A stretch of DNA of 32,000 nucleotides from Desulfobulbus propionicus DSM 2032 (GTDB taxonomy: Bacteria > Desulfobacterota > Desulfobulbia > Desulfobulbales > Desulfobulbaceae). Shown here one piece after another: positions 1 through 10,350 of this stretch (the stretch's first letter is position 1; each line of letters starts with the position of its first letter). A program made the translations under genes and the position numbers. A model generated the notes under the pieces. That model worked only from the letters and a program-made list of their open reading frames with translations. It did no database searches and was not told where the DNA came from. The DNA is taken from the NCBI RefSeq assembly GCF_000186885.1, contig NC_014972.1:2250001-2282000 (forward strand). The letters run 5' to 3'.

Positions 1-221
1 TCCAGGCAACCAAAGATCCAGGCGTTTGGCTGGTGTATGGGGGATGTCTGCTGATGCTGATCGGTCTGTACATCGCCTTTTTCCTGTCGCACCGCAAACT
101 GTATGCCTTTGTCGAAGGCGAAGGAAACGGCTGCCGCATCCTTTTCGCTGGTGAAGCCAATAAAAACAAGGTAGGTTTTGAGAATACTTTTTCAGAGCTT
201 ATCAATACCTTACAGAAATAA
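1..221 (+). CDS. resB: Cytochrome c biogenesis protein ResB, C-terminal fragment (5' truncated by the window edge)
   Basis: Frame 3 is open from the window start and reads QATKDPGVWLVYGGCLLMLIGLYIAFFLSHRKLYAFVEG..., a ResB-like final TM and tail. It lies directly upstream of ccsB. Confidence 0.8.
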   Translation, partial: QATKDPGVWLVYGGCLLMLIGLYIAFFLSHRKLYAFVEGEGNGCRILFAGEANKNKVGFENTFSELINTLQK

Positions 222-272
222 TTCAGTTTCGGCGCCCCTTTCCCGGGCATTCTCTCTGGTATCGAGTCGACT

Positions 273-1121
273 ATGGACAGTTCTCAACTTTTTGGCGTGA
301 CCATGATGGCCTATATCCTGGCCGCCGCCTTTTACCTCGGGTTGTTTCTCTTTAAAAGCAAGCGCATGGGACTGATCGGCCTGTTGCTGGCGATCGGCGG
401 CCTCCTGGTGCAGACCGTGGCCATCGGCTTGCGCTGGCACGAGTCCTACCAGATGGGCGTCGGCCATGCGCCGCTGACTAACATGTATGAATCGCTGATC
501 TTTTTCGCTTGGTGCACCACCCTGTTTTATCTTGGCCTGGAGTTTCGCTTCAAGACGAGGGTGATGGGGGCCTTTGTAATGCCCTGTGTGGCCATGGCCA
601 TGGCCTACGCCTCGCTGTCCGATCGAATCGACGACCAAATCAGCCCATTGATTCCGGCCTTGCAATCGAATTGGCTGATCGCCCACGTGGTCACCTGTTT
701 CATCGGCTATGGCGCTTTTGTGGTGGCCGGTGGTTTGGGGATGATGTATCTGCTCAAGCAATCCGTGTCGAACACCCCCCAGAAGGCCTCACTGTTCGAT
801 GCCTTGCCGGCATTGAAGGTGATCGACGATCTAACCCATAAAACCATTGTCTTCGGCTTCATCTGGCTGACGGCGGGGATCATCACCGGCGCCATCTGGG
901 CGAACGAGGCCTGGGGTACCTACTGGAGTTGGGATCCCAAGGAAACCTGGTCGATCATCACCTGGTTTCTGTATGCCTCAACCCTGCATGCCCGGTTCAC
1001 CCGGGGCTGGCGGGGACGACGCATCGCCTGGTTGGCCATTCTCGGACTTTTCGCCGTCTTTTTCACCTACTTTGGCGTGAATTTTCTTCTCTCCGGCCTG
1101 CACAGCTACGGTTCGGTGTGA
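273..1121 (+). CDS. ccsB: c-type cytochrome biogenesis protein CcsB/CcsA (heme exporter/ligase subunit)
   Basis: 282 aa, multi-TM, with the tryptophan-rich motif WGTYWSWDPKETWSIITWFLY typical of CcsA/CcsB/CcmC. Confidence 0.93.
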   Translation: MDSSQLFGVTMMAYILAAAFYLGLFLFKSKRMGLIGLLLAIGGLLVQTVAIGLRWHESYQMGVGHAPLTNMYESLIFFAWCTTLFYLGLEFRFKTRVMGAFVMPCVAMAMAYASLSDRIDDQISPLIPALQSNWLIAHVVTCFIGYGAFVVAGGLGMMYLLKQSVSNTPQKASLFDALPALKVIDDLTHKTIVFGFIWLTAGIITGAIWANEAWGTYWSWDPKETWSIITWFLYASTLHARFTRGWRGRRIAWLAILGLFAVFFTYFGVNFLLSGLHSYGSV

Positions 1122-1164
1122 GCACGCCAGCGACCTCGCAGGGTCGCACGACTCCCCTGGAGGC

Positions 1165-1194
1165 TTGACAAACAACCCGGCGGCGAGCTATACA
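1165..1194 (+). promoter_or_regulatory. Candidate sigma70-type promoter for the cytochrome c3-like gene
   Basis: TTGACA at 1165-1170, 18-nt spacer, TATACA at 1189-1194, about 70 nt upstream of the ATG. An AAGGAGGAGGAGC ribosome-binding site precedes the ATG at 1264. Confidence 0.5.
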
Positions 1195-1263
1195 TTTTCG
1201 CAGCGGTTATCCTGTGGTTGTCATGAATAACATTTCAAGAATATTGAAAGAAGGAGGAGGAGC

Positions 1264-1656
1264 ATGAAAAAATGGCTTGCTTGCGGAGCTGTCCTGGCGG
1301 TTTGTTGCGCACCTTGCCTGATGGGCATCGCACAGGCCGCCGACAACGGCCCGGCGGAAATCACCCTGCAGTCCACCATTGATCCGGCCAAGACCCCGAA
1401 ACCGGCACAATTTCCCCATGCGGCCCATCAAAGCCGGTTGGAATGCAAGACCTGCCATCACAGCAAGGGGGCCGATGGCAAACGCATTTCCTATGAGGAA
1501 GGACAAAAGATCGAAAAATGCGAGACGTGCCACAACAGCAAGGCCGGTATGCCGGAAAAGCTTGGCACCTTTAAAAACGCGGCCCATGCCCTGTGTCAGG
1601 ACTGCCACAAAAAGAACAAGCCGGAACTGGCGAAATGCACGGTTTGCCATAAATAA
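1264..1656 (+). CDS. Periplasmic multiheme cytochrome c, class III (cytochrome c3/c7-like)
   Basis: Signal peptide followed by four CXXCH motifs (CKTCH, CETCH, CQDCH, CTVCH) in 130 aa. Confidence 0.88.
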   Translation: MKKWLACGAVLAVCCAPCLMGIAQAADNGPAEITLQSTIDPAKTPKPAQFPHAAHQSRLECKTCHHSKGADGKRISYEEGQKIEKCETCHNSKAGMPEKLGTFKNAAHALCQDCHKKNKPELAKCTVCHK

Positions 1657-1692
1657 GGCAAGAAACTGGATCGTTTTGCCTGTTGCCCAACG

Positions 1693-1740
1693 GCCCAACA
1701 AAAAAGGCTGCCCGAAACCGGGCAGCCTTTTTTGTTGGGC
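1693..1740. terminator. Bidirectional intrinsic terminator between the convergent cytochrome gene and glyS
   Basis: Perfect 22-bp inverted repeat GCCCAACAAAAAAGGCTGCCCG - AAAC - CGGGCAGCCTTTTTTGTTGGGC, with a GC core flanked by A6/T6 tracts. Confidence 0.93.
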
Positions 1741-1781
1741 CTGTTCACATGACGGGGTCAGACAATCGCCTCCTTGGCCGC

Positions 1782-3866
1782 TCACCCTTCCTTCTCGACA
1801 TGCATCCGGGAAATATCACCGACGCGAAGAACCAACTCGCCCAGCGCGGTGAGCAAATTAAGCCGGTTCTGCCGAACCGCTTCGTCCTCGGCCATGACCA
1901 TGACCTTGTCAAAAAATCGGTCGACCGGTTCCTTCATTTCCAGCATCTCCAACAGGGCGGGTTGATATTCCCGTTGTTCGATCATTGGCCACGCCTTTTC
2001 CCGTACCCTGTTCAACGCGGCAAACAACTCTTGTTCGGCGGGCTCTGTCAGCAGGTCCGTGTTGATCGCGGTGGCTTTGTTCTTCTTGACAATATTACGT
2101 ATCCGTTTGAACGAACCCGCCAAAACGCGAAAACTTTCCTGCGTGCGGATTTGATCGAGGGCGGCGATGCGTCGCAGACAGTCAACCGGATTGTCACAGC
2201 CCACGGAGGTTGCCGCTTCCACCAGTTCCTGGGGCAAGCCAGCGGCAATTTGCTCGTTTTCGAAACGAAGGCGGATGAAGGAGAGTACCTCGTCGAGCAC
2301 CTCGGGATTCTGGGCGACAACGCCCTCGTATCCCTGCAGGGCTGCGGCTGCCACTTCCCCAAGGGAAAGGGACAGATTGCATCCCTTGATCACGTTGATC
2401 AAGCCGATGGCCTGGCGTCTGAGGCCAAAGGCATCCTTGTTGCCGGTGGGTTTCTCGCCGATGGCGAAACACCCGACCAGGGTATCCATGCGGTCGGCGA
2501 TCCCAACCAGGGCGCCGAGCAGTGATTGGGGTAATTCACCGCCGGCCCGAAGTGGTAGATAGTGCTCCTCGATAGCCTGGGCCACTTCCGCTTTTTCCCC
2601 GTCATGCAACGCATAAACCCGCCCCATGATCCCCTGCAGGGTGGGAAATTCCCCGACCATGGCGGTGAGCAGATCGGCTTTGGCCAAGCGGGCGGCACGA
2701 ATCGCGTCGTGCTCCAGTTCGGGAGCGATTTTGCCGGCCAGCGCGACGGCAAGACGGGTAATCCGTTCGCTCTTGGCCGCCATTGTTCCCAGTTTGTTCT
2801 GGAAAACAATACCGCTCAACTCGGCACAACGGTCGGCAAGCGGCCGCTTCCGATCCTCATGGAAGAAGAAGAGCCCGTCTTCCAACCGTGCCCGCAGCAC
2901 CCGTTCATGGCCGCTGGCAGCAAGGGCGACATCCTCGATCCTGGTGTTGTTGACCGCGACGAAAAGGGGCAGGAGTTTTCCCTCCTTGTCCGTCACCGGA
3001 AAGTATTTCTGATGCTCGCGCATCGAGGTCACCAGGGTTTCCTCGGGTAATTGAAGAAATTTGCGTTCAAAATGGCCGCAAACCCCATACGGGTATTCCA
3101 CCAGATTGGTCACCGTGTCCAGCAATCCCTCGTGGAGGATGGGCTGGGCATCCGGATTTCCCGCCCCCTCGCGCACCGCCCGCTGTATTTCCTCAATCAC
3201 CTTGGCTCGCCGCTGAACCGGATCGACCAGGACAAAATGTTCAGCCAGCTTGGTCAGATACTCGTCAATGCCTCCGACCTCGAATTCCGCCGGCGCCATA
3301 AACCGGTGTCCCCGGGTGGTGCGGCCGCAGCCGACCCCTTCGATCTCGAGCGGCACGCCTTGTCCGTCGTACAGGGCCACGATCCATTGGATTGGCCGGG
3401 CAAAGGCCATATTGTAATCGGCCCAGCGCATGGATTTGGGAAAAACCAGCTCGCGGACGAGCGATTCGAGCAACACGGGCAGCAACGCCGATGTCGCCTG
3501 CCCTTGAACATCCTCAACCACCATCAGGTACTCGCCCTTGGCTGTGGTCACCACCTGCAACGCTTCCGGTTCGCATCCTTTGGAGCGGGCAAAGCCGATC
3601 GCCGCCTTGGTCAGTTTGCCTTCGGCGTCGAAACCCGCCTTTTTGGACGGGCCGATATGTTCCTGCCGGCGATCGGCCTGCCGCGATTGCAGGCGATCAA
3701 TGGTCAAGGTGAGCCGGCGAGGGGTGCCGAAGGTGCGGATGCCTTCAAAGGCAAGATCCAAAGACCGCAATTTTTTGGCGGTACCGGCCGCCAGGGCGTC
3801 AAGAGCCGGTTGAATGTATCCGGCGGGGATTTCTTCTGTTCCGATTTCAAAAAGAAGTTCACTCAT
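1782..3866 (-). CDS. glyS: Glycine--tRNA ligase beta subunit
   Basis: 694 aa starting MSELLFEIGTEEIPAGYIQPALDAL, with FGTPRRLTL, TSMREHQKYFPV and ADLLTAMVGEFPTLQGIMGR motifs. Confidence 0.97.
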   Translation of the reverse strand: MSELLFEIGTEEIPAGYIQPALDALAAGTAKKLRSLDLAFEGIRTFGTPRRLTLTIDRLQSRQADRRQEHIGPSKKAGFDAEGKLTKAAIGFARSKGCEPEALQVVTTAKGEYLMVVEDVQGQATSALLPVLLESLVRELVFPKSMRWADYNMAFARPIQWIVALYDGQGVPLEIEGVGCGRTTRGHRFMAPAEFEVGGIDEYLTKLAEHFVLVDPVQRRAKVIEEIQRAVREGAGNPDAQPILHEGLLDTVTNLVEYPYGVCGHFERKFLQLPEETLVTSMREHQKYFPVTDKEGKLLPLFVAVNNTRIEDVALAASGHERVLRARLEDGLFFFHEDRKRPLADRCAELSGIVFQNKLGTMAAKSERITRLAVALAGKIAPELEHDAIRAARLAKADLLTAMVGEFPTLQGIMGRVYALHDGEKAEVAQAIEEHYLPLRAGGELPQSLLGALVGIADRMDTLVGCFAIGEKPTGNKDAFGLRRQAIGLINVIKGCNLSLSLGEVAAAALQGYEGVVAQNPEVLDEVLSFIRLRFENEQIAAGLPQELVEAATSVGCDNPVDCLRRIAALDQIRTQESFRVLAGSFKRIRNIVKKNKATAINTDLLTEPAEQELFAALNRVREKAWPMIEQREYQPALLEMLEMKEPVDRFFDKVMVMAEDEAVRQNRLNLLTALGELVLRVGDISRMHVEKEG

Positions 3867-3931
3867 CGCAGTCTGTACGTGTTGGTTGGGAGAGCATCAT
3901 GCAGGGAAAACCACCTCGTCGCCGGTGTCGT

Positions 3932-4672
3932 TCATCCGCCGGCAACATCGCTTGGAGTGACGCAGGTCCATCCGTTCCCCGTCGATTCAGGCCATTCGGT
4001 GGCGGCAAATGCTGAATACCCGCTGGCAATATTTTTCACAACAACTTTGTACCATTGAAAGGCCTGGGAAGCTTGGAGACCGTCACTGACCCGACTGCAT
4101 ACGGCTTCGACCGTTTCGGCCTGGACCGGTCGCGCAACGACCGCCTCTTCCACCAAGGCAATCAGATCCTCGATCCAAAGAAAAGATTTCATGCGCACGG
4201 CCACCGTCACCATGCCCCACAGCCCGGAAAAGGATGCCGGCGGCTGAGGCCACCCAACCGGCACATCAACTTCGACCACCAAATCCAGTGCGCGGGCAAG
4301 CGAACCGTGAAGCCGGCAGTCATAGCGGTCCATGCCAGGAGATCGCTGCGTCTGTCCGGTACTGCGAAAGTAAGGAAAATCGATTTCAAGATGTGCGGCC
4401 TCGGCATCCAGCCGTTGTTTCATTTCCTCGAGAATCAGGTGGAAGGTTTTGAGGTTGAAGGCTCCGTGAAACTGGTTGAGGATCTCGACAAACCGGCTCA
4501 TGTGGGTTCCCTTGAACCGGTGCGGCAGATTGACATACATGTTCACCCGCGCCACGGTCTGCTGGGTCTTCTTTTCCTTGTCGAGGACAATGATTGGATA
4601 ATGGATGGTCTTGACGCCAACCTTGCGGATATTGATCCGGCGCGAGTCGGGTGAACTCTGGATATCTTTCAT
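3932..4672 (-). CDS. Divergent GTP cyclohydrolase FolE2 (COG1469)-like protein
   Basis: KVGVKTIHYPI, VNMYVNLPHRFKGTHMSRFVEILN and WIEDLIALVEE match FolE2. The canonical Cys-containing active-site loop is missing (see findings). Confidence 0.8.
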   Translation of the reverse strand: MKDIQSSPDSRRINIRKVGVKTIHYPIIVLDKEKKTQQTVARVNMYVNLPHRFKGTHMSRFVEILNQFHGAFNLKTFHLILEEMKQRLDAEAAHLEIDFPYFRSTGQTQRSPGMDRYDCRLHGSLARALDLVVEVDVPVGWPQPPASFSGLWGMVTVAVRMKSFLWIEDLIALVEEAVVARPVQAETVEAVCSRVSDGLQASQAFQWYKVVVKNIASGYSAFAATEWPESTGNGWTCVTPSDVAGG

Positions 4673-4732
4673 GGGAAGCGATGCGCTGCTCGGCGATGGA
4701 CGCAGCGCGTTGGTGAAAGGTGGGCGAGGAAA

Positions 4733-5089
4733 TCAGCCGAGGTATTTGCGCACCGTGGCCTTGAGCTCGTCCATGTTGGCCGATTTGACCACATAGGCCT
4801 CGGAGGCCCAACTGCCGAAGTCCTGTTTGTATTCCTGATAGGCGGAGCTGAGGATGACCGGCAAATTGGCTTGCAACTCCTTCATCTGACGCAGCACCTC
4901 GATGCCATTCATTCCCGGCATATTGATGTCCAACACGACCAGATCCGGTGGATTCTCGCGGAATTTAGCCAGAGCCTCGCTGCCATTGTAGGCGGAATCG
5001 ACAATGTACCCTTCGTCCTCGAACTCCTCGCGGTACAACAGCTGGATGCTTTCTTCGTCGTCAACCAGCAAAATACGTTTCTTGTCCAC
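4733..5089 (-). CDS. Stand-alone response regulator receiver-domain protein (CheY-like)
   Basis: 118 aa: ILLVDDEESIQLLYREEF, LVVLDINMPGMNGIEVLRQ, ILSSAY, and terminal VVKSANMDELKATVRKYL. No output domain. Confidence 0.9.
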   Translation of the reverse strand: MDKKRILLVDDEESIQLLYREEFEDEGYIVDSAYNGSEALAKFRENPPDLVVLDINMPGMNGIEVLRQMKELQANLPVILSSAYQEYKQDFGSWASEAYVVKSANMDELKATVRKYLG

Positions 5090-5098
5090 AGGCTCCTC

Positions 5099-6097
5099 CT
5101 ACAGGTTCACCTCGCGAAGGTAACGGCATGTTTCCTCCGGTGGCATGGGGTTGATGTAGAATCCTGTCCCCCACTCAAAACCGGCAATTGAGGTCAATTT
5201 GGGCACGATCTCGAAATGCCAGTGATAGTGCTCCAACGGCCCGGAACGCAGCGGTTGTGTATGAAGAACGAAATTGTACGGCACATGGGGAATGCAGGTG
5301 TCTAGACGGCGCAGGGTCTCGGAGAAGATTTCGGCCAGCGCGATCAACGAGCTGTCATCCTGTTCGATGTAGGAAGAATTATGATATCGCGGCATCACCC
5401 ACATCTCGAACGGGGAGCGGGGCGCAAAGGGGGTTACGGTCACGAACTGCTCGTTTTCACAGACCAGGCGGACCTTTTGCTGGATTTCCTGGCGGATGAT
5501 GTCGCAAAAAACGCATCGGTCCTTGTATTTGAAATAGGAAAGACTGCCGTCCAGTTCAGAGGTGACCATGCGCGGCAGGATGGGCAGGGCCACCAATTGG
5601 GAATGAGAGTGTTCCAGGGAGGCGCCAGCAGCTCTGCCAAAATTTTTGAACACAACCACGTAATTAAAACGGCTGTCCTTGGACAGGTCGCGAATCCGGT
5701 CGCGAAAGGCCCGAAAGGTCAGGAGCATGTCATGCGGCGGCAGATGGGAGAAGCGGTCCTGATGGTTGGGGCTTTCAATGATGACTTCATGGGCGCCGAT
5801 CCCGTTCATCCGGTCATACAGCCCCTCCCCCTGCTTGTCGAGATTGCCTTCGATGATCAGGGCTGGATATTTGTTCGGCACCACTCGCAGTTTCCACCCG
5901 GCAGTATTGGGAGAGCCCCACTCGCGACCATAGACCAAAACCTCGTCCGGAGTGGTTTTTTCATTGCCAGGGCATAAGGGGCAAAACCCTCCCTTGACCT
6001 TGAATTCCTCCACCAAAAAATCGGTGGGCCGTTTTCCCCGCTCCTGGGCAATGATGATCCACCGGCCTAGAATCGGGTCCTTGCGTAATTCAGGCAT
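5099..6097 (-). CDS. galT: Galactose-1-phosphate uridylyltransferase
   Basis: 332 aa with CPLCPGNE, ASLEHSHSQL and EHYHWHFEI (HIT-like GalT motifs). Confidence 0.93.
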   Translation of the reverse strand: MPELRKDPILGRWIIIAQERGKRPTDFLVEEFKVKGGFCPLCPGNEKTTPDEVLVYGREWGSPNTAGWKLRVVPNKYPALIIEGNLDKQGEGLYDRMNGIGAHEVIIESPNHQDRFSHLPPHDMLLTFRAFRDRIRDLSKDSRFNYVVVFKNFGRAAGASLEHSHSQLVALPILPRMVTSELDGSLSYFKYKDRCVFCDIIRQEIQQKVRLVCENEQFVTVTPFAPRSPFEMWVMPRYHNSSYIEQDDSSLIALAEIFSETLRRLDTCIPHVPYNFVLHTQPLRSGPLEHYHWHFEIVPKLTSIAGFEWGTGFYINPMPPEETCRYLREVNL

Positions 6098-6103
6098 ACC
6101 CCT

Positions 6104-6472
6104 CTACCTACCTTGCTCTTTTTCCCGCTGCTCCTGACGGGTCTTGCAGTCGATACAGAATTTGGCCACCGGCCGTGCCTGCAATCGCTTGATCGCGATC
6201 TCCTCGCCGCAACCGGCGCAGATACCATAGGTGCCCTCTTCGATCCGTGCGAGTGCCTCGTCCACCTTATCCATCAGTTTGCGTTCTCTGCCCCGGATGC
6301 GCAGTTCGAAACTCCGATCGGATTCCATGGTCGCCCGGTCGTTCGGATCGGGAATATTGCCCGTTTGACTGGTCATCTCGGTGAGGGTCTGCTCGACATC
6401 GGTGTTGATCTCGGCCTTCATCGCTTCAAGCTGTTCCTTAAACCGCTGCAACTCCTTTTCATCCATGCTCAT
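6104..6472 (-). CDS. TraR/DksA family zinc-finger transcriptional regulator
   Basis: 122 aa with coiled-coil N-terminus and the C4 zinc finger GTYGICAGCGEEIAIKRLQARPVAKFCIDCKTRQE. Confidence 0.92.
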   Translation of the reverse strand: MSMDEKELQRFKEQLEAMKAEINTDVEQTLTEMTSQTGNIPDPNDRATMESDRSFELRIRGRERKLMDKVDEALARIEEGTYGICAGCGEEIAIKRLQARPVAKFCIDCKTRQEQREKEQGR

Positions 6473-6509
6473 TCTCCAACAGGGTGGTTCTTACGATTCG
6501 TTCACTCTC

Positions 6510-7004
6510 TCAGGGGACAGCAGGCCGAACAAACAACCCACTCTTTCCGCCGCTTTTGCGCAACAAGCAAATGTCGGAAATCACCATGCTCTTGTCGATC
6601 GCCTTGCACATATCATAGATCGTCAGCGCCGCAACACTAACCGCTGTCAACGCTTCCATTTCCACCCCGGTCCTGCCGGTCATGGAAACCGTCGCTTCTA
6701 TCTGGATCGAACACTGTTGATCGTCAAAGGAAAAGACGATGTCCGCCGCGGTGATCATCAGCGGATGACAAAGAGGGATCAGCTGGTCCACCTTTTTAGC
6801 GGCCATGATCCCAGCGATCCTGGCCACGCCTAGCACATCGCCCTTTTTCATCGAACCCTTGCGGACCATGTCAAAGGCTTGCCGCGACAGGGTGACGGTT
6901 CCGGCTGCAATCGCCTGCCGGACCGTTTCGCCTTTTTCGCTGACATCGACCATGCGGGCGTTGCCACTGGCGTCAAAGTGGGTGAATTGCGCCTGCTCAG
7001 ACAT
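6510..7004 (-). CDS. moaC: Cyclic pyranopterin monophosphate synthase MoaC
   Basis: 164 aa: [69 protein letters not shown]. Confidence 0.96.
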   Translation of the reverse strand: MSEQAQFTHFDASGNARMVDVSEKGETVRQAIAAGTVTLSRQAFDMVRKGSMKKGDVLGVARIAGIMAAKKVDQLIPLCHPLMITAADIVFSFDDQQCSIQIEATVSMTGRTGVEMEALTAVSVAALTIYDMCKAIDKSMVISDICLLRKSGGKSGLFVRPAVP

Positions 7005-8154
7005 TGGCTACCTTTTCCGATGCTTCACTTTTTTTCTTTTGCTTCCCCAGTGAACCATGAAACAACCGGGCAAAGAACCCTTCTTCCTCGTGTTCCTTGC
7101 TCAAGGCATCGAACTCACGCAGCAATTCTTTCTGCTCCTTGGTCAATTTCACCGGCGTCTGCACCTGCACCTCGACCACCATGTCTCCCTTGCCGCCGCC
7201 CCGCAAGCTGGCAACACCCTCTCCGCGCAGGACGAACCGTTCTCCGGACTGGGTTCCCGCCGGGATTTTCAGTTTGGACGTGCCGTGAATGGTCGGAACC
7301 TCGGCCTCGCAGCCAAGGGCTGCCCGGACCATGGACACCGGCAGCCGCAGGTAGATCGTCTGGCCGTCACGCTGAAAGTGCTCATGCTCATCCACATGAA
7401 TCACCACATACAGATCTCCGGAAGGTCCACCCCGTCGACCGCCCTCGCCCTCGCCGGAAAGCCGCATCCGCGAGCCGGTATCAACCCCGGCGGGGATGCG
7501 AATGGAAACTTTCTTGGTCCGGTTGACCAGTCCTTCGCCATGACAGTCGTTGCACGGATCGGTGATGATCTGGCCGGCACCGTTGCAGTGTGGACAGGTG
7601 GTGGTCACCTGAAAAAAGCCCTGGGAACGAATGACCTGGCCCCGGCCGTGGCAGCTTGGGCAGACCTGGGGTTTATGCCCGGGACGGGCTCCCGAGCCCT
7701 CGCAGGTCCAGCAGGTTTCTCGCTTGGTCACTTCCACCTGCCGGGTAACGCCGTGGACCGCCTCCATGAAGGAAATCCGGATGTCGTAGCGAAGATCCTC
7801 GCCCTGAACCGGGGCATTGGGATCCCGACGCCGACCGCGGGTTCCACCGCCGAAGCCGAACAGGTCGCCGAACAGGTCGTTGATGTGCGAAAAAATATCC
7901 TCGCTGTTGCCCGGCCCGCTGTAGCCGCTGTTCCGCAGCCCCTCCTTTCCGTAGGTATCATAAATCCTGCGCTTTTGCAGGTCACTGAGCACTTCGTAGG
8001 CTTCGGCAGCCTCCTTGAATCTTTCTTCGGCTTCGGGATTGTCCTGATTGCGATCAGGATGATACTTCATCGCCAGCTTGCGATAGGCCTTCTTAATGGC
8101 CTCGGCCGAAGCATCCTTGCCGACACCGAGAATTTCGTAATAACTCTTGCTCAT
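6997..8154 (-). CDS. dnaJ: Chaperone protein DnaJ
   Basis: J domain with HPD motif, G/F region and four CXXCXGXG zinc motifs ([32 protein letters not shown]). Start set at [11 protein letters not shown]; the track ORF extends 4 codons further upstream. Confidence 0.95.
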   Translation of the reverse strand: MSKSYYEILGVGKDASAEAIKKAYRKLAMKYHPDRNQDNPEAEERFKEAAEAYEVLSDLQKRRIYDTYGKEGLRNSGYSGPGNSEDIFSHINDLFGDLFGFGGGTRGRRRDPNAPVQGEDLRYDIRISFMEAVHGVTRQVEVTKRETCWTCEGSGARPGHKPQVCPSCHGRGQVIRSQGFFQVTTTCPHCNGAGQIITDPCNDCHGEGLVNRTKKVSIRIPAGVDTGSRMRLSGEGEGGRRGGPSGDLYVVIHVDEHEHFQRDGQTIYLRLPVSMVRAALGCEAEVPTIHGTSKLKIPAGTQSGERFVLRGEGVASLRGGGKGDMVVEVQVQTPVKLTKEQKELLREFDALSKEHEEEGFFARLFHGSLGKQKKKSEASEKVANV

Positions 8155-8175
8155 AGCCCGTTGCAATTTGCGGTG

Positions 8176-8445
8176 TTATTCTTCAGCATTGTCTTCTTCA
8201 ACCACGGTTTCCGCAGCCTTTTGATCCGCCTTCCGCTGCTTGGGAAGCTCGTGGATATTGTCAAAGGTGACCTTGCCGGCAGCGATTTCCCGCAGGGTCA
8301 TGACAATTTCCTTGTTCTTGCCGGCGACAAGAAACGGTTCTCCCTTGCGATGCTGGCGAATGCGTTCAACCGCCAGGTGAATCAGGGAAAAACGATTATC
8401 ATCGCCAACTTTTCCCAGACAATCTTCTACTGTGATGCGAGCCAT
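8176..8445 (-). CDS. rpoZ: DNA-directed RNA polymerase omega subunit
   Basis: [31 protein letters not shown]...; start at the ATG at 8445 with a GGAGG SD 10 nt upstream, rather than the longer track ORF. Confidence 0.93.
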   Translation of the reverse strand: MARITVEDCLGKVGDDNRFSLIHLAVERIRQHRKGEPFLVAGKNKEIVMTLREIAAGKVTFDNIHELPKQRKADQKAAETVVEEDNAEE

Positions 8446-8467
8446 GCTGTGTCTGCCTCCATGGAAT

Positions 8468-8496
8468 AAAAATCCCGGAGAGAACAACCTCCGGGA
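8468..8496 (-). terminator. Intrinsic terminator or attenuator between purA and rpoZ
   Basis: Minus strand: TCCCGGAG-GTTGTTCT-CTCCGGGA-TTTTT (perfect 8-bp stem plus U-tract). Confidence 0.8.
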
Positions 8497-8622
8497 GTGT
8501 ATAACGTGCCGCCCTGGCACCCCGTGCTCGTTTGCTCAAGAAACCTGACAACGAGGGCGTGGCGATTATTCAATAATCATTCTCCGCGAATTAACAAGAC
8601 CTCCACGGAGCTCCCGGTGGAT

Positions 8623-9975
<1,353 letters not shown>

Positions 9976-10012
9976 TCAATGAACGCTCAACCGTTTTGCA
10001 AACCTGACTAAT

Positions 10013-10177
10013 CTAGCAGAAAGCCGATAAAAAGTCAAACCGACGCCAGCCCCCTGCCGCCGCAACCCCAAAAGATACCAGCAAAAAAAATATGAAAAAA
10101 AGCGTGGCCCCAAGGACGGATCGCAATCGGGCCCCTTCAACCACCGGGAGAAATTTCATCGGACTGCCTCTGACCAT
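10013..10177 (-). CDS. Possible small single-TM membrane protein (54 aa)
   Basis: MVRGSPMKFLPVVEGARLRSVLGATLFFIFFLLVSFGVAAAGGWRRFDFLSAFC. GGGAG-like SD 5-8 nt upstream of the ATG at 10177, and one hydrophobic segment. No recognised family. Confidence 0.25.
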   Translation of the reverse strand: MVRGSPMKFLPVVEGARLRSVLGATLFFIFFLLVSFGVAAAGGWRRFDFLSAFC

Positions 10178-10276
10178 TTCTCGCTCCCGCTCGAAAGACC
10201 ATCGGCGGTTATTTGTTCGTGCGCGATGGGGCGAGAGGCACGCGGGGTCTTTCCATATCGCAACACACCGAAAAGA

Positions 10277-10320
10277 TAAAAAAATTCCGGCCCTCACAGT
10301 CGCGCTGTTCAGGGCCGGAA
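10277..10320 (-). terminator. Intrinsic terminator downstream of nrfA
   Basis: Minus strand: TTCCGGCCCT - 16 nt - AGGGCCGGAA followed by TTTTTTT; 10-bp perfect stem. Confidence 0.85.
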
Positions 10321-10350
10321 AAGGAAGTTGGGTCGTGGAGCGATTGCGCT

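Noticed and set aside
1693-1740. Considered as a mobile-element terminal inverted repeat
   Set aside because: The perfect palindrome with a 4-nt loop and A6/T6 flanks between two convergent genes is fully explained as a bidirectional terminator.
7057-8469. 470-aa plus-strand ORF
   Set aside because: Antisense to dnaJ and rpoZ; no recognisable motif.
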